A DNA stretch of 63,216 nt, counting the filler, from Basidiobolus ranarum (taxonomy: Eukaryota), in the NCBI GenBank assembly GCA_040143965.1. It is 38 parts of 38 records of this genome, joined end to end, with 100 filler letters (N's around TTAATTAATTAA, not from the genome) between each part and the next. Parts side by side here need not be neighbours in the genome. Positions count along the whole stretch, not along the records: positions 35,073 to 36,637 come from JASJQH010011705.1; positions 36,738 to 38,301 come from JASJQH010011706.1; positions 38,402 to 39,965 come from JASJQH010011707.1; positions 40,066 to 41,629 come from JASJQH010011708.1; positions 41,730 to 43,292 come from JASJQH010011709.1; positions 43,393 to 44,955 come from JASJQH010011710.1; positions 45,056 to 46,617 come from JASJQH010011711.1; positions 46,718 to 48,279 come from JASJQH010011712.1; 30 more parts are not named here. The stretch is one strand, 5' to 3'. The notes beneath the pieces are model-generated. The model saw nothing but the letters and a program-made list of their open reading frames with translations, was not told the DNA's origin and ran no database searches. Below, piece after piece: positions 35,073 through 48,379 of this stretch; positions within the stretch are counted from its first letter, which is position 1, and each line of letters begins with the position of its first letter. Both the position numbers and the translations under genes were made by a program.

Positions 35073-36637
35073 AGTATTTTAAAGTATCTAAGGATAGGGT
35101 GAGATTCATTTTTTCTTTCCAAAAAGTAGAACAAGGTGTATCTTGTATAATCATAAATAAAAGTGATTAAATATTTTTTCTTTTTAAAGAAAAATTTTGC
35201 CTAGGTTCACACAAACCTGAATGAATAAGATCCAATTTTTTGACAAATCTGATTAAGCCAGAGCACTTGAATAGTTTCCTGGCTTAGTTTCTATAAAAAT
35301 AACCCTCACAAATTTCCATTATGGTTGGAGGGTTGATTTGAATACCAGAAATTAGGCAATTTTTGATAATTTTGCTCAAAAAAGCAAATCTAATATGGCT
35401 AAATCTCATATGCCATAATTGAATAGTTTCTTGATTAGAATATCTTATATTGGCACATAATCCTCTTGGATTATATGTACATTTTTATAGATTCCAATCC
35501 ACATCTCCTGAAGCTATATAATTCCCATTTTGATCTGTGGTGATGCATCTTGACTAATCAAAAAAGAATTTTAGCCCTTCTGAAGTAACCTTGTATACAG
35601 ATATTAAGTTCTTGCAATATCTGGAACATGTTGCACATCCTTAAAAGTATATACTTTCTCTTTGGAAGCTTGTTTTAAATTTACTTGAAGTGGTTCCATT
35701 CCAATTGCATCTGATATGGTCATCTCCCATGAAAACCTTTCTTGGGATTTCTTCATGATCCATAAACCAATAATTTTCATTTGTGAAATGTTGGGGGGCT
35801 CAAGAATAGTATACCACACTGGAAAATCCTTGTTGGTAGTCATAGATAGAGCAGATGTGAATAAGTGAACATCTGTTGTAACCACATTTCTAGATTTCAT
35901 GTGTTTTTCTTCTCTTGCAATTCTTTTAAAGCAATCTTTGCTTACATGGCCAGTTCTTTTACAGTAATTGCAAAATGTGAGATGTCTCTTCTTGAAGTGC
36001 TTTGACCTTTAGAAGATGGTTTCCCATAGCCTATTAAAGCATTTTATGCATTCTTTTGTTTGGATCCTAATGTACATAAATCCCATCCAGAAGTCTACCA
36101 AATAAATAGTTTAGAAGCAAATTTTCAGTTGAAGATTCTAGAGCCATTACTAGGCCCTGAAACTTGTGCAGCAGGCTATTCAGGACTGCAACTATGAAGC
36201 TTGATTAGTAGTGGGAACTTCAATGCATACTGCTTCATCCACCAAAATAGCATTGCTATTAATTAGTGAATTAAGGTATTCTCCTGGCTGCATCTTTAAG
36301 TTAAAGAACTGTCTTGTTAGAAACATCTTCTTGATGGCAGAACATGTTTAGTGGCTGTCTTCTAAGGCTTTCCATGCCTTCTTAGCAGTTTAGCCCTTGA
36401 ACATTGAATTGGCAATTTGTCTTTAACATTCAGACAAATTGTGTTGAAGGCACATTGTTCTTTTTTAACCCAGAGTAAAACTTTGGTTTTAAATATTTTG
36501 CAAACTTGATAAATGGATCTATCCAATTCATCAGAAGAGGGAAAAGTTCCATAAATTTGAGAAGTAGACATTGCAGAGAGTGCAACCCTGGGGCTCATAA
36601 CCTGTTAAAGTAGTTGGGAGCCTGTTGGAAGTGGTTT
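35073..36637 (-). mobile_element. Degenerate copia 5' region: LTR1 end (36603-36637), PBS (36591-36602), gag, protease, pre-integrase
   Basis: GGTTATGAGCCC adjacent to the LTR; CCHC knuckle CNYCKRTGHVSKDC; colinear with 61740-63216. Confidence 0.93.
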
Positions 36638-36737
36638 NNNNNNNNNNNNNNNNNNNNNNNNNNNNNNNNNNNNNNNNNNNNTTAATTAATTAANNNNNNN
36701 NNNNNNNNNNNNNNNNNNNNNNNNNNNNNNNNNNNNN

Positions 36738-38301
36738 TATTGCTAAACATCTGAAATTTTGAATAGAATTGACACTTGGCAAATAGCTGACTCTTGTTAC
36801 CATTCACAATGAGAATAAGCGCTTGGATTTTGGCAAATTTCCATAAAGAATTCAGCCAATATATCCCCAACTTGCAGTCAACAAATGTCCAGCCACCAGT
36901 AGATGCCTCATTGCTTAAATAGATCACCCCATGGCTAAGACAATAATAATGTGTATCTTGATCTATCTCACCAAGAAATCTGTCTTGCAGCTTTCCTAGA
37001 AATACTGTCAGATCATTACACAAACAAATTAGTCCAAGTTATACAGGTACTTACTCTGTGTCCATGAATTGAGCTTTGTTGCTGTTGTTGTGCTCAAACA
37101 ATGTGAAAGCCCAAGAGCACATTGAAAAGAACCCTTTGTTGGAAGGTTAATATAATCTGGAGTCTCCTTAACCCATTGCATTACATCCAGCATTACTTTT
37201 GCTGATACATTGTTATTCAGATTAGCAAACAGTAATACTGACAATTTCACACAGAGCATCATTTTACTGCAGGTGTGCTCCATTGGGAGATCCCAGAATG
37301 TGTAGCAAGGGCCTATAATCTCTAAGCATCGTGAAAGATGTAGCAGGGAATGTACTGAATACTAGCATAGATTCACTCTATCTTCTTCAAGCCTGTAATA
37401 TAGCTTTTCATATCCAATTACAAAATCTTCACCCAATTGCTGTATCTACCTGAGATCTGCTAATGTTGTTGCCATAAGAATATATTAACAATATCCACAA
37501 ATGACTCTCAATGTTGCTAATACTTATCAGGCAGAAATCTTTTCAAGATTCCACTTAAATATATACAAATCCAATACGTCCAGTCTTTGTATTGGAATGA
37601 CTACCTAAATGAGTGGATATTGATGGGATTCTTAGTAAAATATGTTGGTATCTTGACACTTTCAAGCATTTTCCCAATTTATTCAAACTTTGCTCCTATC
37701 TCAAATGGCTCATTCATTTTGAGTTTTCCACTATATAGCTGAGTAAGTAGTATTGGAATGTTGTTGAATAGTAAGTGCATGGTGCCTAATGAGAAGCTCT
37801 GGCAGCAGCTAATCCCTTTTAGCAATATAATCTTAGGCTTGTGGCTAATACCAAGTTTGATGTTAGACCAACTATTTGGTGAATTGATAACAGTGATCAT
37901 GATGAAATCTGACCAGGCTCTTGATGGTAAAATCATGGAGTTTAATTTTGTATTTTGAGAGCAGTAATGTGTATGCCTGATAGAGTAGACTTCATTGATT
38001 TGATAAAAACTACAGCAAGGTAGTGCTTTGTGGCCACAAAAACCTCCAAGTTTACTGATGGCAGGAGTGTCACCAATACATACAATGATATTAGCTTTAA
38101 TAAATTTTTAACCCATCTCAACCCCATTAGATAGCCATTCAAATTCCACAATCAAAGGCTCAAGAAGCTCTCTATAAGCACTGGAGATTTAGGTCCAGAT
38201 ATGATGGATAGTATCAAAATATAATGACTCTTATACCATTCAGAAGGAGGAAGATTAAGTAAATTAAATTATTGGCCAGCAAGCCTTTCCAATGGTATAT
38301 T
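36738..38301 (-). mobile_element. CACTA-like transposase copy, degenerate
   Basis: Reverse-complement homolog of 13880-14555 and 56681-58090. Confidence 0.9.
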
Positions 38302-38401
38302 NNNNNNNNNNNNNNNNNNNNNNNNNNNNNNNNNNNNNNNNNNNNTTAATTAATTAANNNNNNNNNNNNNNNNNNNNNNNNNNNNNNNNNNNNNNNNNNN
38401 N

Positions 38402-39965
38402 AGATTCCGCACAGTTTCCAAAATGTTTAACCACTCATCATCAGGGCACGCGATGGCAGCTCTTACATTCAGAGTCTTTTGGTTTGCTGGTTTTCCTATG
38501 AGATTTCTACTTCAATGTGCCCAAGCAATTTCAGGGTGTTGTGTAGGCGTTATGGTCCAACACATATTCTGCTCTGCTAGATTGTTGCGGTGATGTTCAT
38601 ATGTATGGTGTGGGATTGCTTGAAATCCCATATGAGAATGGATGGGGGAGCAGCATGATACTGTAGCTCTACTACAGCATTCTGAAGATCTTGTATCATT
38701 GTTGAGTGACTCTCTACCTGTTGACTAGTGGCTTCCAAACACTGTATTAATTGAGATAATGTGGTGTAATTACTTGTGATGGCCTGTATAGTAACTTTGT
38801 GTTCTTACTCATGATTGCATACAAATCTTTACAGTGTTCTGCCTACAAATCCCTTGAAGTAACAATTCTATCCATGTTTTCTCCGCAGGGTTGTTCAATA
38901 GTAGGCAAAGTAGCCATTTTGGAAGTTGATGATCTTGATGGTGTTTTGGTTGAACATTGCTCAACTTTAATTTATTATGTAATTGGGGGATTAAAATCTC
39001 TTCACTTGCAGTATTGCTAGAAAGGAATACATCTGGTAAATTGATTAATACTTAATCATTACTTGAGTTAGTTTCTGCATGTTGATGCCTTCCTAAGTAG
39101 ATAGTGGTTTGCTAGACTGCTCATCAATTAAGTCCTCTGTTCTTACTGGTTTTTTTCCTTTTGTGCTAGCAGGCTTTGCCTTGGAAGCTGCTTTTGACTT
39201 TGCTTATGAACACTCTTGAAATGGCATCGGAATTTTCCAATGGTAAACATGGTGTAATGAAATTGCTTAGAAACAGCTTATAATGAACCAAAATTGCAAT
39301 CCATTACTGGAAGTATCTGGTAACTCCCCTAATGACTCATCTGTGACATCATCTCAGAATCAGCTTATGATATTGATAGGCTATACCCAAGACACCACCC
39401 TTATGTAGGAGGTGTTCTTTTTTCTCCAATATCCTTCTCATGCCACAACAAAAACATTAAAAGAAGCCTTGCTATTATTTTCACAAATTCTTGTGCTATG
39501 AAAGCCAGAGGCTTCATAGAAAAATAATCACAGGCACAGTCACTATAGAAAGCCACCAGCTGCCCAAAGTCTGGTGAATATCAACTGTAATAAGTGCACA
39601 AAATCGACTTCATCTTTGCCCACTGAACACACTGACTGTGCTTTGCCTCAAAGTTTTGGTAACAGTGCCAAAAGTCAATATAGTGTGGAGTTACCACAGT
39701 TATAAGACCAGAATGATGCAGATAAAAATACAACTTTGGTTGTACCAGTAAGTCCAGTAAACTTTGAGGGCATGCTGCTAGATGTTGACCTTGGTTATTC
39801 CAGTACTGATGGTAGTGTATCAGAAGTTGCCAAAGAAGAAAATGTTTTGTTACAGACTCTTTGTTATTGGCAAGCATTAGTCCACTCATAACACTTACAG
39901 TAAAGGAAGCAGCTTTGATTATTGAGGAGTGGAGAGTTCAATCCAATCTTAGCAACCAGGTGTTT
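38402..39965. mobile_element. CACTA-like element core: ORF2 (minus, start ~39226) and transposase N-terminus (plus, start ~39440), divergent
   Basis: The last 50 bp match 13386-13437, linking the two ORFs in one element. Confidence 0.85.
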
Positions 39966-40065
39966 NNNNNNNNNNNNNNNNNNNNNNNNNNNNNNNNNNN
40001 NNNNNNNNNTTAATTAATTAANNNNNNNNNNNNNNNNNNNNNNNNNNNNNNNNNNNNNNNNNNNN

Positions 40066-41629
40066 CCTACACGCACACGCTCCTTTTCTGTTCCCATGGG
40101 TTTACTAACTTCCTGCTCCTTCAGTACTTCTTTAGCTGCTTTTCTTTCTTTTCCAAGTCAATAAATGCGTACATTTTTGAGATGTTTCATGAATAGGCCT
40201 ATACTAGCCCAATTGCCATTTGCTTCCAAAAACCCAGGATAAGCCACATGAAATAAGTCAATAATCCACAGAGTAATGCCTGGTTTTTGTTTTTTCCACA
40301 ATTGACTCAAATCCAGGTGATTTTGGGCAGGATTCCGCACAGTTTCCAAAATATTAAACCACCTATCATTGGAGCAAGTGATGGCAGCTCTAACATTCAT
40401 ACTCTTTTGGTTTGCTGGTTTTCCTATGAGATTTCTACTTTTGTGTGCCCAATCAATTTTGGGCCATTGTGTAGGCTTAATGGTCCAACACATATTCTGC
40501 TCTGCTAGATTGTCACCGTGATGTTCATATGTATGTTGTGGGATTGACTGAAATCCCATATGAGAATGGATGGAGGATGCAGCATGTTGCTGTATCCCAA
40601 GTAAGCATTATGAAGGTCTTGTATCATTGTTGAGTGACTCTCTAACTGTTGACCAGTTGCTTCCAAATGCTGCATTAATTGCAATATTGCGGCATTATTG
40701 CTTGTCATGGCCTGTATAGCAACTTCAAAGTTTTTTCTTATGATTGCATACAAATCATTATTGTGTTCTGCCTGCAATTCCCTAATTGTAATAATTCTAT
40801 CCAAGTTTTCTACGGAGGGTTGTTCAATAGTGGGCAAAGTAGCCATTTTGGAAGGTGATGGTCTTGATGGTGGTTTGGTTGAACTTTGCTCAACTTTTGA
40901 TTTACTACTTAATTGGGGGATTCCAATCTCTTCACTTGCACTATTGCTGGAAAGGAACAGATCTGGTAAATTAATTAATGCTTCATCATTACTTGAGTTA
41001 GTTTCTGGCATGTTAATGCTTTCCAAAGTGGATAGTGGATTGCTAGACTGTTCATCAGTTAAGTCCTCTGTTCTTACTTGTTTTTTTCCTTTTGGGCCAG
41101 CAGGCTTTGGCTTGGAAGCCAATTTTGACTTAGATTTGAGTGCCTTTTGAATGGCATTGTAACTTTCAGATGGTAAACTTGGTGTAATGAAATTGCTTAG
41201 AAACAGCTTATGATAAACCAAAATTGTCATCCATTATTGGAAATATCTTGTAAATCCCCTGATGACTCATCTGTGACACTGTCTCAGAATCTGCTGATGA
41301 TATTGAAGGGCTATACCTAAAATACCACCCATACATGGGAGGTGTTCTTTTTTCTACAATATCCTTCTGATGCCAAAACACAAACGTTTAACAAAGCCCT
41401 GCTATTATTGTTGCAACTTCTTGTGCTATGAAAGCCAGAGGCTTCATAGAAAAAATAATCACAAGCATGGTCACTATACAAAGCCACCAGCTGCACAAAG
41501 CCTGGTGTGTAACAACAATAATAAGTGCACTAAATTGACTTTAGTTTTGCCTATTGAGTCCACTGACTGTAGTTTGCCTCAAAGTTTTGGTAACACTGCC
41601 AAAAGTCAAGATACCATGGAGTTACCACA
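40066..41629. mobile_element. CACTA-like element core, best-preserved ORF2 (minus) and transposase start (41370, plus)
   Basis: ORFs 40505-41230 and 40158-40559 are one frameshifted gene; same layout as 38402-39965. Confidence 0.85.
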
Positions 41630-42735
41630 NNNNNNNNNNNNNNNNNNNNNNNNNNNNNNNNNNNNNNNNNNNNTTAATTAATTAANNNNNNNNNNNNNNN
41701 NNNNNNNNNNNNNNNNNNNNNNNNNNNNNAAACTGTCATTGGGTAACTATATTGCTGAATCTCTTTAATCATACAATGCACAACAAGAAGCAAACATTCC
41801 ATGAAAGAAGAATTGGATAATGATTGTCCTGAACTGAAGCTAATCTGGATTAATAGGAATCCAGTTCAATTGGAAATCGATTCATCTAACCACTTTTCCA
41901 ATGTCATTACTCCATGAAATCTAGAATTCCCGCTCTAAGAACACTGCTAGTTTCAAGCAGGTATATTCGGCTCATACCATACAACATAGAAGCCATTTGT
42001 AGTAACATGATGCTAACCTTGCGTTCAGCTACACTCATTCATGCTAAAAATATAAATACTTGAAGCTGAGTACTATGATGGATAGGTACGTTTCTATACT
42101 TCATATCATCTCAATTATCACCTTCATTACATTATGGTTACCGCTAAGGACTTTGAATTGGAAGTTAGGAAAGAAATAGCAGCAAGAAAGAATGGCGATA
42201 GCTATGAAGGTATTGAATTTACTCTCCATGGGACTACTTGGACATGGTTGTCACGTGGAGATGGACAGCTTTCATTTGAACAGATTCTTCGTGGGAGTAA
42301 GGGTACTGCATGTGTTGATAGTCAGAGATGGCAGATCAGTTGAACCCATTTGTTGCTAAAGCAGTGTCTGCTTCCTTTGCAGTTGTTGACTGTCTTTGTA
42401 CGAAGCAGTTGTGGATAAATAGTTCACAAATGGTAATAAAATACTTTATAAAAACCAACTATTAAATTGATCCAAGCTTTTGATAGAGTTTCAGATTATT
42501 GCCGAGTATTTAGAGGATCAGTATGGATTTATTCTTCTGTAAGTGAATGGTAGTAAGTTGTAGTCGTCATCCACATTCAGCATCTTTCACTCAACATCAC
42601 AACTAGCCATCTAAACCAGAAGTGATCAATACTTCCTAAATAGGTAAGAAGCTTTATTAACATTAGACACTTACAACATAGATATATAGAACTAATTTTA
42701 CTCGCAATCGATAACCATTTAGCATATTATACAAC

Positions 42736-43292
42736 ATGTTGCAATCAAGCAACAACATGAATTTACTACAAGACCTCATTAACACAACCAAGAACTATCC
42801 AACCCATGGTCTTAACTACATCAACAATTTGGACGATATTGCAAATCATTCATTCGACAGCAACCCTAGTCTTAAGCGGGCATATAAGATTAGCCAAGAG
42901 CTATGTGCACTCACACAAAATACCTCTTGCCAAATAGTTGTATGGTATTTTGATAATAATCGGGATACAATTGATTACTTTTGGGGACTGTTAGCTGCTG
43001 CTTTTCTACCATGTGTTCTTGGGCATGTGTTCTTGGGCCATTGAAAAGTGATGATGAGAAAAAGCAAGTGGAACTCTCACATCTCAATATGCTTTTCAAC
43101 AAGCCCATTTTTCTTTGCCGCTAGAAAGATTTCCATGAGCTCACTTCTTTGACTCCAAATTTGAATGTTCAACTGGTTGACAGCTTCAAAGCACATGAGA
43201 GCCTTAATGCTAATACTGATTTTACTTAACTCAAATCACTGAATTTCAGCAGTCACAACACCGCAAACAAAGTAGCTATTCTGTTACTCACC
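42736..43292 (+). pseudogene. NRPS-like adenylation-domain N-terminus (AtrA/MicA-type A-T-TE enzyme-like), disrupted
   Basis: IVVWYFDNNRDTIDYFWGLLAAAFLPCVLG/PLKSDDEKKQVELSHLNMLFNKPIFL...KVAILLLT (just before the expected SGSTG P-loop); 14-bp duplication at 43010-43037, stop at 43122, and a further frameshift and stop. Confidence 0.72.
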
Positions 43293-43392
43293 NNNNNNNN
43301 NNNNNNNNNNNNNNNNNNNNNNNNNNNNNNNNNNNNTTAATTAATTAANNNNNNNNNNNNNNNNNNNNNNNNNNNNNNNNNNNNNNNNNNNN

Positions 43393-44810
43393 TTACATAC
43401 CATTGATTCCCCATCTTAAAGTTTTGATGAAATCACCCAAATATAGATCATTTACCAGGACTCCCATCAATATCCACTCATCTAGGTGTTTATTCAAATG
43501 CAAAGACTGGATGCAATGGATTTATATATATTCAATTGGAATCTTGATAGGATTTCTGCCTGATAAGTATTGGCAACATTGGGAGTTGTTTGTGAATATT
43601 GTTAATATATGATATTGTTAATATATTCTTTCGGCATCAACTCACATTGGCAGATCTCAGGTAGATACAGCAACTGTGTGAAGATTTTGCAATTGAATAT
43701 GAAAAACTTTATTACTGGTTTAAGGAAGACAGACTGAATATATGCCAGTATACAATACATTATCTGCTACATCTTTCACAATGTTTAGAGATTATAGGCC
43801 CTTGCTATACATTATGGGAGTTCTCAATGGAGTGCACCTGCGGTGAAATGATGCTCTGTGTGAAATTGTCAGTATTACTGTATGCTAATCTGATTAACAA
43901 GGTATCAGCAAAGTCAGTGATGGATGTAATGCAATGGGTAAAGCAGACTCCAGAATATATTAACCTGCCAACAAAGGGCTCTTCTCAATATGCTAACAGG
44001 TTTTCACATTGTTTGAGCACAATAACAGCAACAAAGCCCAATCCATGGACACAGAGTAAGTACCTCTATAATTGGACTAATTTGCTTATGTGATAATCTG
44101 ACAGTATTTTTTGGAAAGCTGCAAGACAGACTTCTTGGTGAGATAGATCAAGATATGCAGTATAATCATTTTAGCCATGGTGTAATCTATTCCAGCAATG
44201 ACACATCTACTTGTGGCAGGACATTTGTCAACTGCAAGTTGGGATATATTGGCTGAATTCTTTATGGAAATTTGCCAAAATCCAAGAGCTTGTTCTCATT
44301 GTGAATGGTAACAACAGTCAGCTCTTTGTCAAGTGTAGTGCTATTCAAAATTTCAGATGTTTAGCAACTTTTCCACTGTCAGTTTGCTGGTAGAGCATAT
44401 TGATGTTGTTGAGTTACGTCTAATCAGTCAAGTATGTGCATATGTAGAGACTAAACACAATAAGATTCTTGGATTTTTTGATTCTCATTATGGCTGTAAC
44501 ACAAAGCCTAAAATATCTAAATAAAGGTATGCATATTAATTCAAATTCCTACAGCAGTAAACCCAGTAATTTGCCATTCAAAAATTATGTTTTGCAAAAA
44601 TTGCCAGATTTTGAATAATGCATGCCAAATTTGTGGATGAATATTTTAACATATATGAATACCATCAAAATACCATCAAGAAACCACCATTATATCATCA
44701 AAATCCTTGGCAGAATGCAAGCCACTAGTATTGTGACAGTTCTCTGATGGTTTTGCTCTTTTGGAGAGTGGATCCAATCTGGATCAAATTGATTATATTT
44801 TTGTTAAGGT
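43393..44810 (+). mobile_element. CACTA-like transposase copy with internal deletion
   Basis: Jumps at ~43451 from the 13730-equivalent to the 57186-equivalent position, then stays colinear. Confidence 0.88.
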
Positions 44811-46296
44811 GAGACACAAACTAGACCAACAGGTTCAGTTAGCTTTATTTGTATTTTTTGATAGCCAAGTGAATTAGTCAACACCAAGATATTAGATGAC
44901 TAATTCTGATAAATGAAAATGTGATTGGATAGATAGATTGATAAGTGAGTCATGCNNNNNNNNNNNNNNNNNNNNNNNNNNNNNNNNNNNNNNNNNNNNT
45001 TAATTAATTAANNNNNNNNNNNNNNNNNNNNNNNNNNNNNNNNNNNNNNNNNNNNATATTCATGCAAATATTGAGTAGTCCATTCCGAGATTTACACTCA
45101 GCTAATCAAATTAACCCTAGCACGATTGTTTGCTGATGAAGCTGATCCTAGGCCAATCATTCACCAAGTCCCACGACTCAGATTTGGTTTAGTCTTATAT
45201 GATTGGTCGGATAGCTACCATGGTTATTAGGTCAAACCTAATAGTGAGGAATTTTCACTAATGGCAGTAACGACAAAATAATGACAAAATAACACCTCAC
45301 GCTTATCTTGATTATTGTGCCAAAGTGACCTATTTGTCACAATAGAATCGGAATCAAACTTCTTAGCCAAGCTTTAATAAAGTCACATTGTCAAGCAACT
45401 AATTACTCATATAGCACCAGTCACTTTCTCAGTTGATCCCAGTAATAGTAGTAAAGACATGTAGATTAAATATCCTATCTATTTAACAAGTGTGTTCATT
45501 GTTCTCATGAATCATTTTACAACAGCATCCAATGAGACCACTGTGAGTGTGAGTTCTGACTTATTTTCACACCACTTCAGTTTTTCTGCAAGATATTTGA
45601 GTATCCTTCATTGTAAATGTTGAGTCAAGCAAGGTTTCATAACTCTGCCAAGATTAACCAGAGGCTAGTGCTTCATGTGAATACAAAACATTTGGGGACA
45701 CTACCGCATTTAACACCAATACAGGTTTTGAAGGGATTTTCAAATTTACTATCTCCAGACTATATATTCGACCAATAAATTCCCAGATATAAAGTATTGT
45801 TTCAATACGTCTCAGATAGTATATTCATTAGTTCAATTGCGGGTTACGATCTGTTTTCTATCTATAGACCTGCTAAGATAATAGCTCAAACACCAATTCA
45901 ACGAACACTCATTACTGATAGAATGAAGATACAACATTGTCTTTCACTAGGATTCAACCAGTTGTTCTTAATATAACTGTTGTAAATGCGAACGATTGTA
46001 TAGCAAAACTCATTTAATTAGCAATTTCTTCATAATTAGCGTCTTTCTCGTGACAGAAGCAAATAATATGTCATCTCTCTTTAGTTATGCCGATCATCAC
46101 GAAGAGATCTTCATACAACACATACCAACACTACCCAGTAGGTTATGCAATTATTTCAGATGTTGGCTCAGCCATATCAAATAACAGCGTTAAACTAGCA
46201 TCTACATTCATATTCCTGTCTATCGTCACCACCGGTGCAAATTTGGTGATAGGACTATTTCACCTTGTTCACTGTCTATGTCCTCTTCCTAGTAGA

Positions 46297-46617
46297 TTAT
46301 ACCGACTTGTCCATGCATTCTGGCTTCTTAGCTTTATGTCTACCGAGCGCATCCATTCGTGAGAATTTTTTACCACATGCTGTACATTCGAATGGCTTAA
46401 TCCCCATATGAATCTTTTGGTGCCTTTTCAGGTCATGGTTACGACTGAATGCTTGCTCGCATTGATTGCATTTGAAGGGTCGGTCATCTGTGTGCGTACG
46501 TGTATGTGATTTGAGGTTGTATAGTCTTCCAAAGGTTTTACCGCAGTGTGGATATTCGCATCGAAAGATTCCCGGAGATCTTCCCTCTTCCTCACTCCGT
46601 GAGTCTTCCACCCCACA
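46297..46617 (-). CDS. C2H2 zinc-finger transcription factor C-terminus, Crz1/CrzA-like
   Basis: CEYPHCGKTFGRLYNLKSHTRTH-TDDRPF-CNQCEQAFSRNHDLKRHQKIH-...CTACGKKFSRMDALGRH. Orthology not established. Confidence 0.9.
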   Translation of the reverse strand, partial: CGVEDSRSEEEGRSPGIFRCEYPHCGKTFGRLYNLKSHTRTHTDDRPFKCNQCEQAFSRNHDLKRHQKIHMGIKPFECTACGKKFSRMDALGRHKAKKPECMDKSV

Positions 46618-46717
46618 NNNNNNNNNNNNNNNNNNNNNNNNNNNNNNNNNNNNNNNNNNNNTTAATTAATTAANNNNNNNNNNNNNNNNNNNNNNNNNNN
46701 NNNNNNNNNNNNNNNNN

Positions 46718-48171
46718 GGATTTTGGCAAATTTCTATAAGGAATTCAGCCAGTACATCCCCAACTTGCAGTCAACAAATGTCCTGCCACAAGTAGTTGTA
46801 TCATTGCTTGAATAGATTACCCCTTGGCTAAAACAATAATACTGCATATCTTGATCTATCTCACCAAGAAATCTCTCTTGCAACTTTTCTTAAAAAACCA
46901 TCATATTATTAAACAAACAAATTAGTCCAAATTATAGAGGTACTTACTCTGTGTCAATGGAGTGGGCTTTGTTGCTGTAATTGTGATCAAACAATGCAAA
47001 AACCCATGAGCACATTGAAAAGAGCCCTTTGTTGGTGGGTTAATATACTCTGAAGTCTTGTTAACCCATTGCATTGCATCCATCACCTATTTTGTTCATA
47101 CATTGTTAATCAGTTCAGCATATGGTAATCCTGATGATTTCACATGGAGCATCATTTTGCCGCAGGTGGACTCCTTTAGGTACTCCCAGAATGTACAGCA
47201 AGGGCCTATAATCTCTAAGCATTGTGAAAGATGCAGCAGGTTATATATTGAATACTGGCATAGATTTAGTCTATTTTCTTTAAACCTGTAATAAAAGTTT
47301 TCATATCCAATTACAAAATCTTTGCACAGCTGCTGTATCTGCCTGAGATCTTCCAATGTGAGTTGATGCCATAGGAATATATTAACAATATCAACCAACA
47401 ACTCCCAATGTTGCCAATACTTATCAGGCAGAAATCTTTTCATAATTCCACTTGAATATACACAAATCCAATGCTTCCAGTCTTTGCATTTGAAATAATG
47501 CCTAGATGAGTGGATATTGATGGGTGTGCTGGTAAAATATAATGGTATCTTCACATCTTCAAGCATCTTCCCAATTGATTTAAACTTTGATCCTCTCTCA
47601 AATGGCTCATTCACATTGTACTTTCCACCATATAGCTGAGTAAGTAATAGCAGAATGTTGTTGAATAGTAAGTGCATGGTGCCTAATGGGAAGCTCTGGC
47701 TCCAGCTGATCCCCTTTAGCAATATAGTCTTAGGCTACTGGCCAATACCAAGTTTGATGTTAGACTGACCATTTGGTGAATTGATAACAGTGATCATGTT
47801 GAAATCTGACTGGGCTCTTGATGGTAAAATCATGGAGTTTAGTGTAGTATTTGAATAGTAGTAATGCATATGCCTGATAGAGTAAACTACATTGATTTGA
47901 TAAAATCTACAGCAGGATAGTGCATTGTGCCTGCAAAAACTTCCAAGTTTACTGATGGCAGGAGTGTCACCAATACATACAATGATATTAGCTTTAATAA
48001 AATATTCACCCATCTGAACCCCATTAAATTACTGTTCAATTTCCGTCATCAAAGGCTCCAAGAAGCTATCTCTAAGCACTGGCAATTAAGGTCCAGATAT
48101 GATGGATAGTATGAAAATATTATGACTCTTATAGCAATTAGAAGGAGGAAGATATAAGTTGAGTAAAATTA
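46718..48171 (-). mobile_element. CACTA-like transposase copy
   Basis: ORFs 47735-48013 and 47096-47722 match the 56709-57812 protein. Confidence 0.92.
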
Positions 48172-48279
48172 TATTGGGAAAATATGGGCTGTTTGGAGGA
48201 ACTTTAGAAAAGTGGAGTTGTGAATAGCTTTGTGAGATAATTATTTATTGACCAGAAATTAAGCATTTATACATTTTGG
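48172..48279 (-). repeat. Copia LTR type 2 (partial)
   Basis: TATTGGGAAAATATGGGCTG... matches 12548 onward. Confidence 0.9.
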
Positions 48280-48379
48280 NNNNNNNNNNNNNNNNNNNNN
48301 NNNNNNNNNNNNNNNNNNNNNNNTTAATTAATTAANNNNNNNNNNNNNNNNNNNNNNNNNNNNNNNNNNNNNNNNNNNN

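Noticed and set aside
40066-40083. CCTACACGCACACGCTCC at a contig start, diverging from other ORF2 copies
   Set aside because: Resembles part of the Illumina adapter (CCTACACGACGCTC); probably a contig-end artefact.
45056-46290. Non-repetitive region downstream of the zinc-finger gene with short ORFs
   Set aside because: No coding or structural signal recognised; treated as UTR or intergenic.
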